Origin: a virus
IMG/VR virus record: IMGVR_UViG_3300025536_000001
Span: 1 to 64,000 of that record
Reading direction: 5' to 3' (one strand)
DNA: 64,000 nucleotides
Shown here: piece by piece, positions 17,695 through 24,509 of the stretch
How positions within the stretch are numbered: position 1 is the first letter of the stretch
Layout of the letters: each line of letters opens with the position of its first letter
Position numbers and translations under genes: made by a program
The notes under the pieces: model-generated
The model's database searches: none
Told to the model about the DNA's origin: nothing
The model's input: the letters and a program-made list of their open reading frames with translations, nothing else

Positions 17695-20124
17695 ATGATT
17701 TTCGGACAGGAAGCCCCTAAATATAACGCCCACGGCATCTCGGTTGTGCCACTTGGAGCGCATGGGAAAAAACGTAAGGCGCCCTTCTTCAATGACTGGA
17801 CGAAATGGAAAGACAAGCCCATAGATTCAGCCACCTTGGAAAACTGGTTGGCCAGGTTTGCAAACAACAACATCGGCCTGGTTTGTGGACCACAATCCCA
17901 AATCGTAGGTGTGGACTTAGATACTGAAGATCCCAAGATCGCCGCGGCGATCGAGAAACTCCTTCCTAAATCCCCGTGGCGCCGGGTGGGTCGTAAAGGG
18001 TTTGTACAAGCCTACAAGTTCAACCCAAAGTGCAACAACGGTAAGACCTTTAAGATCATAGACAAGAATGGAGCGATGCTCGTCGAGTGTCTGCAAATGG
18101 GGAACCAGTTTGTTCTTCCCCCATCCATCCACCCCGACACAGAGAAACCGTATACGTCTAACTGCAACTTGTATGATGTGCTTGATCAGCTTCTACCCCT
18201 TCCAGATGATTTCGAGGATCAGCTTCGCGCAGCGATCTCCCTTATCACACCGCTGGAGAACAAGAAGAGCTTCCGCGTTATGAACTATGTCTCCGCCGGG
18301 TCGCGCGACACAGCCATGACCCAATTCGCCGGCATGCAAGCCTACGCCATACAGCGCGGTGAAATCTCGGTCAAGACCGGCATCAACAACATGTATTCAT
18401 GGGTCACCAACCAGGTGCAGCAAGTGGCGGGTGACGCGACTGACCCCGATAAAGGTGTCAAGAGCATGCTGCAGTTTCTGATCAAGGACATTCACAGCAA
18501 AGGACACATCCTCCCTACTGGTTGGGATGAGGACATGACCGAAGAAGAGCTGAAGGGTTACGGACTGATCTTCACGGAAGATCAACAAGAATGGACACAT
18601 GATCAAATCTACGCGTACTTGAAGGGTGAGTTCGAAGCACCAGAGGGTGGCAGTTCGAGAAAATACACGGCTATAGAGCTGATGCTGAAAAAAATATCTG
18701 TCTCCCCTAAACTGTCGATCATAGAAAAGAAACGGCTGATGAAATATATCAGCGGAAATTCCCCAGAAAAAGTACCGATGGGTGTGTTCGAGGCTCGAGT
18801 CAGAGAACTACAGCGCGGCGGTATCGCCGGTGCCAACCATACCGAGATCGCCCACGAAGCGATAAAAGAGTTCGAAGATAAAATAGGCCCACTCGCCTTC
18901 GCCGAAGGTTTCTTTATGACTTGGGGCGGGTCTCACTGGAAGAAGGTTGTTGAGAAGGACATCCTGAGAATGATCGCCGTGGACTTCGGCGCCATGGATG
19001 CGGCAAGGAGGGAGAGCGATCATAAGGGAATCATGCGCACCATATCAACTCTGGTACCTCAGGAGTTGAGCAAGACCCGAGTGTTCGGGGTGAACTTCGC
19101 CAACGGGTTCCTGACCACCGATATGAGACTGGTAGAGCATCAACCCAGCTTCGGAATGACCTACACACTCCCGTTCAGGTATATGCCTAGTCAGGCTGGG
19201 AAGTGCCCAAGGTTCCTGAAGATGATGGAAGACTTCTGGGGTAATGAAAAAGATTACGCCGAGCGTCTTCATGCCCTGAAGGAAGTGATCTCCGCGACGA
19301 TCATGGGTAAGGGACCCGCATACCAACAGGCGATCCTTCTAAAAGGAAAAGGCGGAACAGGAAAATCACAGCTCCTGAATATAATCGAGACGATGATCCC
19401 TGAAGAAGCCCAGATTGCACTTCCTCCAACGGAATGGAGCGAGAAGTTTGAGTTCGCAGGCCTGGCCGGCAAGTTGTTAAACGTCTGCGGAGAGTTGCCT
19501 GAGAAAGCATATATCGATGGCGCCGCATTCAAAAGTGTTGTGGCAGGGGATAAAAAAACCTCACGTCATATTTTTGGAAGCCCGTTCAGCTTCTTCCCTG
19601 TAGCAGCGCATTGGTTTTCATCGAACCACTTTCCCAAATCGAGAGACACCAGTTTTGGTTTTAACCGCAGATGGGCGATCTTCACATTCAACAACCACAT
19701 CTACAATGAAGATAAGGTGGAATCTATCGGTAAAAGTATCGCGGAAGAAGAGATTGAAGAGATCGTGGCTTGGGCTCTCGAGATTTACCCGGAGATGAGT
19801 GGACGACCAACATATAAATTACCACCAAGCCATTTTGAAGCGCTGAAAGATCTTGAACTGACAAACTCAAGCGTCAGACAATTTCTTGTAGAACGAGTTG
19901 TGGTCGAAGAAGGCGCGACCATAGGTCTGGATGAGGCGCACCTTGCGTACTGGTCATACGCAACGGTTGCAGCCTCATCCAGTGCTGTCTCAAAACAACG
20001 GTTCAAAACCGAGATGGAAGACTACTGCAATGAAGGACGGGAGAAGGGTGAACTGAACATCACCTTCGAGCGCGGAGCCCAAGGCAAATTCGTATTTCAT
20101 AATATGAAAGTGCTGAAGAAATGA
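17695..20124 (+). CDS. Bifunctional primase-polymerase (Prim-Pol) / D5-P4-type helicase
   Basis: The N-terminus (GISVVPL...NNIGLVCGPQSQIVGVDLD) fits the Prim-Pol domain. The C-terminus has Walker A LLKGKGGTGKSQLLN, as in P4/D5 primase-helicases. ATG 17695 follows GAGGAG. Confidence 0.85.
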   Translation: MIFGQEAPKYNAHGISVVPLGAHGKKRKAPFFNDWTKWKDKPIDSATLENWLARFANNNIGLVCGPQSQIVGVDLDTEDPKIAAAIEKLLPKSPWRRVGRKGFVQAYKFNPKCNNGKTFKIIDKNGAMLVECLQMGNQFVLPPSIHPDTEKPYTSNCNLYDVLDQLLPLPDDFEDQLRAAISLITPLENKKSFRVMNYVSAGSRDTAMTQFAGMQAYAIQRGEISVKTGINNMYSWVTNQVQQVAGDATDPDKGVKSMLQFLIKDIHSKGHILPTGWDEDMTEEELKGYGLIFTEDQQEWTHDQIYAYLKGEFEAPEGGSSRKYTAIELMLKKISVSPKLSIIEKKRLMKYISGNSPEKVPMGVFEARVRELQRGGIAGANHTEIAHEAIKEFEDKIGPLAFAEGFFMTWGGSHWKKVVEKDILRMIAVDFGAMDAARRESDHKGIMRTISTLVPQELSKTRVFGVNFANGFLTTDMRLVEHQPSFGMTYTLPFRYMPSQAGKCPRFLKMMEDFWGNEKDYAERLHALKEVISATIMGKGPAYQQAILLKGKGGTGKSQLLNIIETMIPEEAQIALPPTEWSEKFEFAGLAGKLLNVCGELPEKAYIDGAAFKSVVAGDKKTSRHIFGSPFSFFPVAAHWFSSNHFPKSRDTSFGFNRRWAIFTFNNHIYNEDKVESIGKSIAEEEIEEIVAWALEIYPEMSGRPTYKLPPSHFEALKDLELTNSSVRQFLVERVVVEEGATIGLDEAHLAYWSYATVAASSSAVSKQRFKTEMEDYCNEGREKGELNITFERGAQGKFVFHNMKVLKK

Positions 20125-20558
20125 AACTCCGTGTCATAAACGCTGGCCAGCTCTTGGACAGAATGGGTAACAAGCCCTTTCCAAAAGGAATTATTAGAAA
20201 AATTTCTGTTAAAAAATTGCTGAAATTGTGGGAAAAACAGATGGAAAAACAGAAAAGTCACAAGATTTGCCTCGATTTAAGCGCAATTTCTCAGAAAAAA
20301 CCTCCTAAAATACCAAAAGTTCCTGGTTTTTGCACATTAACCACCAAAAATACCCACAGAGAGTTCGTCGTTACACCTGAACAGTTCAGAATAGCGAAGG
20401 ACACCCAATGGTTTGAGGACAGAGGCAACATCCTGTATTGCCTCGTAGGAACCCGCTTCGAAACGTATGTGGGGATGGAAATAGGCGGGGGACGGGGCCC
20501 GTTTGACTTCAGAGAGAAAGAAACCGAGGAAACCATAGAGGAGAACCATGATGCTTAA
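20121..20558 (+). CDS. Hypothetical Lys-rich protein
   Basis: ORF track, 145 aa. ATGA overlap with the primase stop. Confidence 0.55.
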   Translation: MKLRVINAGQLLDRMGNKPFPKGIIRKISVKKLLKLWEKQMEKQKSHKICLDLSAISQKKPPKIPKVPGFCTLTTKNTHREFVVTPEQFRIAKDTQWFEDRGNILYCLVGTRFETYVGMEIGGGRGPFDFREKETEETIEENHDA

Positions 20559-20961
20559 TACGATAAAAGGAATAGACGAGACGACGAAGGCTACCGTAAA
20601 ACCAACTCAGTTCATTTACCTGGCCGGCCCGTACTCACACGACCTGCCATCGATGAGGGAGAACCGATACCTGGCGCACAAGCAATGCCTGACGAAGATG
20701 ATGAACGAAGGAGACAAGGTGTTCGCCCCTATAGTGCAGGGACACCTTCTCGATCTGAACCATTGGGGCGGCGCCGAATGGCTCGGCTTCGACTTGCCGA
20801 TACTGGATCGCTGCGACCTTCTTGCCGTCCTGACGATACCGGGGTGGGATAAAAGCTGGGGAGTCGATAAGGAGATCACTCGCGCGAAAGAGACGAACAA
20901 ACCAATCGTCTATCTGGATCCGAAGGATTACGTCGACCATAAATTGTTGGAGATGCTCTAA
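20548..20961 (+). CDS. DUF1937-like protein (nucleoside 2-deoxyribosyltransferase-like fold)
   Basis: [10 protein letters not shown]...[27 protein letters not shown] matches the DUF1937 signature as I recall it. Coupled to thyA. Confidence 0.6.
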   Translation: MMLNTIKGIDETTKATVKPTQFIYLAGPYSHDLPSMRENRYLAHKQCLTKMMNEGDKVFAPIVQGHLLDLNHWGGAEWLGFDLPILDRCDLLAVLTIPGWDKSWGVDKEITRAKETNKPIVYLDPKDYVDHKLLEML

Positions 20962-21821
20962 TGGAAACACAATACCTGAACCTGATGAAAGACATCCTCG
21001 AGAACGGCGCACAGAAGGGAGACCGCACCGGCACTGGGACGCTCTCCGTCTTTGGCCGTCAGCTTCGCTGTGACCTGACGAAAGGTTTTCCGCTCCTGAC
21101 AACCAAGAAGATGCATATGAAGTCCATCGTGCATGAGCTCCTATGGTTTATTTCTGGAAACACAAACATCAAGACCCTGCAGGAGAACGGGGTTCGGATC
21201 TGGGACGAATGGGCGGACGAGAACGGCGACCTGGGCCCCGTCTACGGAAAGCAGTGGCGCAACTTCGGCGCGATAGACTTTCCGATGAGGGAAATCAGAC
21301 AGAGGGGAGACGTGATAGTTCAAGAGGTCACCACCATAAAGATCAAAGGAGTCGACCAGCTTGCCAACGTGGTGGAGAGGATCAAGACCAACCCGGACTG
21401 CCGGCGCCTGATCGTAACCGGGTGGAACCCGATGGAGATAGGGCAGGTGAAGCTTCCCCCGTGCCATACGCTGTTCCAGTTCTATGTCGTCAACGGGAAG
21501 CTGTCCTGCCAGCTTTATCAAAGAAGCGCCGACCTGTTCCTGGGCGTCCCGTTCAACATCGCGTCCTACGCCTTGCTGACCAGCATGGTCGCGCAGGTAA
21601 CAGGCCTCGAGCTCGGGGACTTCGTGCACACCTTTGGAGATGTTCACATCTACAACAACCATATCAAGCAGGCGAAGCAGCAGCTTCAGAGAGACCTGTT
21701 CGATCCTCCAGACCTGCTGCTGAATAAAGAAATCAAAAACCTCTTTGATTTTAAATTCGATGATGTTACTCTGGGGAACTACCACTCTCATCCGCCGATC
21801 AAGGCAAGAGTATCAATCTGA
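20961..21821 (+). CDS. thyA: Thymidylate synthase ThyA
   Basis: Aligns by eye with E. coli ThyA along its whole length ([58 protein letters not shown]-terminal PIKARVSI). It has a 27-aa insertion after KQWRNF. Confidence 0.95.
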   Translation: METQYLNLMKDILENGAQKGDRTGTGTLSVFGRQLRCDLTKGFPLLTTKKMHMKSIVHELLWFISGNTNIKTLQENGVRIWDEWADENGDLGPVYGKQWRNFGAIDFPMREIRQRGDVIVQEVTTIKIKGVDQLANVVERIKTNPDCRRLIVTGWNPMEIGQVKLPPCHTLFQFYVVNGKLSCQLYQRSADLFLGVPFNIASYALLTSMVAQVTGLELGDFVHTFGDVHIYNNHIKQAKQQLQRDLFDPPDLLLNKEIKNLFDFKFDDVTLGNYHSHPPIKARVSI

Positions 21822-21832
21822 AGGAGATTACA

Positions 21833-21898
21833 ATGGCTGCACCAAAGAAAAAGAAGGCTTCGAAAAAACCCGGCAAGTCGAAAGCCCCTAAGTACTAG
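21833..21898 (+). CDS. Micro-ORF encoding a 21-aa Lys-rich peptide
   Basis: Own translation: MAAPKKKKASKKPGKSKAPKY. AAGGAG lies 6 nt upstream, and a terminator follows immediately. Confidence 0.4.
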   Translation: MAAPKKKKASKKPGKSKAPKY

Positions 21899-21915
21899 AC
21901 ATCCGCCAGGCCCTG

Positions 21916-21948
21916 AAAACCCGTACCGCGAGGTACGGGTTTTTATTT
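21916..21948 (+). terminator. Rho-independent terminator closing the 17.0-21.9 kb unit
   Basis: ACCCGTACC, GCGA loop, GGTACGGGT, then TTTTTATTT. Confidence 0.85.
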
Positions 21949-22078
21949 GGGACATTTTTGCGGACATTATGATCCGTTTTCTCCGCATAAACGTCTCATA
22001 TATGATCCTTTAATTGGCTACTTGGGACTTAAGGGATAACACTTAGACCTTTAATAGCGATGATAGCGACTTACGGGT

Positions 22079-22172
22079 GCCCGACACCGCCGGCGCCCGA
22101 CACCGCCGGCGCCCGACACCGCCGGCGCCCGACACCGCCGACACCGCCGGCGCCCGACACCGCCGGCGCCCG
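22079..22172. repeat. GC-rich 16-bp tandem repeat (GCCCGACACCGCCGGC), about 5.8 copies
   Basis: Direct reading: units start at 22079, 22095, 22111, 22127 (with an internal 9-bp GACACCGCC duplication) and 22152. The array lies in an otherwise AT-rich non-coding region. Confidence 0.95.
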
Positions 22173-22367
22173 TCCTATGTCCTTGACACAGGACAATTAC
22201 CATAACCTGGAGTAAACGGTCAAAAATTTTTTATAATAGACCCAACATTATAATAGCACACGCCCTAGTTGTGAAAATAAAATCATAGTACCCTTATTAT
22301 ACATATTTATTATGTAAGTCATTGATTCAATTGAATTATATTATTTATTTTAATCGTTAAAATTGTG

Positions 22368-22396
22368 TTGATTTATTTTTAACAGTAGGCTATATT
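22368..22396 (+). promoter_or_regulatory. Near-consensus sigma70-type early promoter
   Basis: TTGATT (22368-22373), 17 nt, TATATT (22391-22396), with AT-rich upstream sequence. It faces the early block. Confidence 0.65.
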
Positions 22397-22403
22397 GGGG
22401 ATA

Positions 22404-22424
22404 GTTAATTGATAGTCAATTAAC
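22404..22424. promoter_or_regulatory. 21-bp perfect palindrome (operator-like) just downstream of the -10 element
   Basis: GTTAATTGA tag TCAATTAAC: 9-bp arms and 3-nt spacer, starting 8 nt after the -10 hexamer. Confidence 0.6.
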
Positions 22425-22523
22425 GTAAATGAAAGGTTTACAATGGCCGGAGGTAGGTCTGATTTTCATAACGGGGTGCGCCCTGAACAAGGGACAACCA
22501 TGTCTAAAATCAACCTGCTGCTG

Positions 22524-22536
22524 GTTAGAGTCTAAC
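22524..22536. repeat. GTTAGAnTCTAAC palindrome, copy 1 (n=G), in the leader of the first early gene
   Basis: Exact match. Flanks extend it to GGTTAGAGTCTAACC. It closes an 11-codon leader ORF (22500-22535). Confidence 0.95.
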
Positions 22537-22557
22537 CTTTTTAATGGAGTGAAAAAC

Positions 22558-23046
22558 ATGACTGCTAAAAAAATCGACGTAAAATCTAATTTGAAAGCTA
22601 TTAATACGGCTTTTGAAAATCTAGCTTCTGCCGACTCGGTAAAAAAAGGCGCGGTTGCTATTATCGCAAACAATAGCTTTGCATTGCTTCAATCAGGCGA
22701 CTTAAATGCTCTCGCTGAATTGCAGGCCATACAAAATAACAAGGCGCTTAATTCGTCCGGCAAGTCGGCAATTTCCCAAGCAAAAAGCGTATTCAAAGCT
22801 AATCCCGATTTTACGGGAAGCATTTTGACTGAAGCAAAGCGCATGAGAGACGAAAAACGAGCTGCTGAAAAAGCGAAAGAAGCAGAAGCAGAAGCAGCGA
22901 AAAAATCCGCTCCAGTCATTCCAATGTCTGAGCAGGTAACAAAGTATCTTCTGCACATCCGGGACACAGATAAGGAGACGTTCGCTGCGATTATGGCAAG
23001 CGTCCTCCCGAAAACCGCAGCGGTCAAAACCAAAAAAGCCGCGTAA
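22558..23046 (+). CDS. First early protein, Lys/Ala-rich (162 aa)
   Basis: ATG 22558 after GGAGTG. C-terminal AEKAKEAEAEAAKK...KTAAVKTKKAA is basic and low-complexity. The longer track start lies upstream of the leader palindrome and is unlikely. Confidence 0.6.
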   Translation: MTAKKIDVKSNLKAINTAFENLASADSVKKGAVAIIANNSFALLQSGDLNALAELQAIQNNKALNSSGKSAISQAKSVFKANPDFTGSILTEAKRMRDEKRAAEKAKEAEAEAAKKSAPVIPMSEQVTKYLLHIRDTDKETFAAIMASVLPKTAAVKTKKAA

Positions 23047-23061
23047 TATCAACCACTTAGC

Positions 23062-23101
23062 AGGGCGCCGTCCTCACCGGCGGCGCCCTCGCTATCTTTT
23101 T
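23062..23101 (+). terminator. Possible terminator / attenuator
   Basis: AGGGCGCCG and CGGCGCCCT form a 9-bp stem. The T-run starts 6 nt after the stem, so the structure is imperfect. Confidence 0.45.
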
Positions 23102-23129
23102 GCTCAAACATTTTTCATGGAGAAAAATT

Positions 23130-23645
23130 ATGAATTTCCAAAAAGCCAAAATTCTCGTTGCCCAAGCGCGTACATTTTCTGACCCCTACACTTTTCTGGT
23201 CAACTCGATGGCCGGCGCTCGTAATGCCGAAGAACTCGCGTACCCGCTCTGCGCCTATCTCGAGTTAGACTCTAACGCGGTAGTGCCCCAGACTCCCATG
23301 TTCGTATCCGCCATGACCATCATTGAGAATGCGCGGTATTACGAGGCACAGGCTTTCCTGCACAAGCTTGGGGTCCTGCAGACCGGCACCGCCCGTTCTC
23401 TCCTCTCAGAACTGCCCAGAAGCGCCCTGCAGGGGCCCAGGGACACCCTTGTCTCAAAGTATGAGCCAGACATCTCACCATCTGATATGATGCGCAAAGA
23501 AGCCGCGCAGCAGCGTTCTCTGACTGGTTCTGGTGGTCATATCCTGAAATCGATCAAGAAGCGTAAGTTCGGGGCCCCGGACGACAGGGTGTTCTCCCAC
23601 TCAAAGACCGCATTCACAATCAAAACCTCAGGAGGGTTGATGTAA
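23130..23645 (+). CDS. Early hypothetical protein (171 aa)
   Basis: ATG 23130 after GGAGAA. Contains palindrome copy 2 in frame (LELDSNAV). Confidence 0.6.
   Translation: MNFQKAKILVAQARTFSDPYTFLVNSMAGARNAEELAYPLCAYLELDSNAVVPQTPMFVSAMTIIENARYYEAQAFLHKLGVLQTGTARSLLSELPRSALQGPRDTLVSKYEPDISPSDMMRKEAAQQRSLTGSGGHILKSIKKRKFGAPDDRVFSHSKTAFTIKTSGGLM
23264..23276. repeat. GTTAGAnTCTAAC palindrome, copy 2 (n=C), inside a CDS
   Basis: Exact match, read as L-D-S-N. Confidence 0.95.
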
Positions 23646-23652
23646 TCGCCAC

Positions 23653-23769
23653 GGGCACCCTCCCCGACTCCATGCGGGTCTCGAGGGTGCCCCGCTTGAC
23701 GGGCACCGTCCGTATTCTGCGCGACACGCGCCACACCCTGTGTGCGTGATGCCGTTACGGACGGTGCCC
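23653..23769 (+). other. Nested long hairpins built from GGGCACC-type motifs
   Basis: GGGCACCCTC (23653-62) pairs with GAGGGTGCCC (23683-92). GGGCACCGTCCGT (23701-13) pairs with ACGGACGGTGCCC (23757-69). The second loop holds GCGCG-aca-CGCGC and CACAC-cct-GTGTG mini-hairpins. Confidence 0.7.
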
Positions 23770-23799
23770 GGATTGCGTTGCATGCTGATATAGCAGTTT

Positions 23800-23812
23800 G
23801 TTAGAGTCTAAC
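23800..23812. repeat. GTTAGAnTCTAAC palindrome, copy 3 (n=G), intergenic
   Basis: Exact match, 17 nt upstream of the parS site. Confidence 0.95.
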
Positions 23813-23828
23813 CTAATGCCATACCCAT

Positions 23829-23844
23829 TGTTTCACGTGAAACA
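23829..23844. promoter_or_regulatory. parS: Canonical parS site TGTTTCACGTGAAACA
   Basis: Exact match to the palindromic chromosomal parS consensus (TGTTNCACGTGAAACA). Flanks extend it to the 20-bp palindrome ATTGTTTCACGTGAAACAAT (23827-23846). Confidence 0.8.
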
Positions 23845-23867
23845 ATCGTCAGAACTCGCAAACCATT

Positions 23868-23907
23868 TTAACTCGCCGAATTAACTCGCCCATCAGTTTA
23901 ACTCGCC
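23868..23907 (+). repeat. Three direct TTAACTCGCC repeats (iteron-like)
   Basis: Copies at 23868-77, 23881-90 and 23898-907, plus a degenerate AGAACTCGCA at 23851-60. An AT-rich tract of about 450 bp follows. Confidence 0.8.
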
Positions 23908-24382
23908 GGTTTAGGCTGGGGAGGGTGCCCTCACACCGTTGTGCTATCTATTTGACATAGCGAAGCAGATACAATAACTTTCCATATTTTATACTCTTTG
24001 TATTCTATTTTTTATATATAATATAGATATAGTATAAAAGAGATACCATTCAAAAAATTATGAAAATACCCTTGACCCTGGAATTGGAAAATAAAGTGTA
24101 GTACACAGTGAATCGCCTATAAGTGAGATTTCACCATTTATTTATAATACACTATTATGACTAAAAATGTTAACGATTAGGGCACCATCCCCCTGATTTC
24201 TCTCATCTATTTTTTTCACCTTTTTTTTCATTTTCCTTAAAAATGACTTCCAATAACACGAAGTTATCTTACACTTTTTGAGCCTTTTTTGAAAACTCAA
24301 AAATGAGGTACTATAGCACCACTTTTATTCTTTTCCACTAACATTATGACGGATTATCAATATTATTTAATTACAAAATTTT

Positions 24383-24395
24383 GTTAGATTCTAAC
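24383..24395. repeat. GTTAGAnTCTAAC palindrome, copy 4 (n=T), intergenic
   Basis: Exact match. Flanks TT...AA extend the symmetry to 17 bp. Confidence 0.95.
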
Positions 24396-24440
24396 AAGAC
24401 TACGAATAATATTTAATCCATAATAATCCCATTTCTCTCA

Positions 24441-24469
24441 TTGACCCTACCTAAAAAGTGTATTACACT
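24441..24469 (+). promoter_or_regulatory. Candidate promoter overlapping a GTGTAnTACAC palindrome
   Basis: TTGACC, 17 nt, TACACT. The spacer and -10 contain AGTGTAtTACACT (24458-24470). A related TTGACCCT...GTGTAgTACAC module lies at 24072-24106. Confidence 0.4.
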
Positions 24470-24509
24470 AGCCAACATATCTCCACTTACAATTCACAAA
24501 GGATTACAT

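Noticed and set aside
21141-21791. 216-aa minus-strand and 194-aa plus-strand ORFs covering thyA
   Set aside because: The ThyA frame aligns end to end with E. coli ThyA. The alternatives are Arg/Pro/Gly-rich shadow frames.
20961-21821. ThyA homologue acting as a dUMP/dCMP hydroxymethylase (hypermodified base pathway)
   Set aside because: The Asn of FNIASY (specificity for dUMP) and the C-terminal ...PIKARVSI needed for the reductive step are retained. No kinase, transferase or glucosyltransferase acting on hydroxymethyl bases is adjacent. An ordinary thymidylate synthase is the better call.
22079-22172. CRISPR array
   Set aside because: The units are directly abutting 16-bp repeats with no spacers, and no cas genes are present. 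This is a simple tandem repeat.
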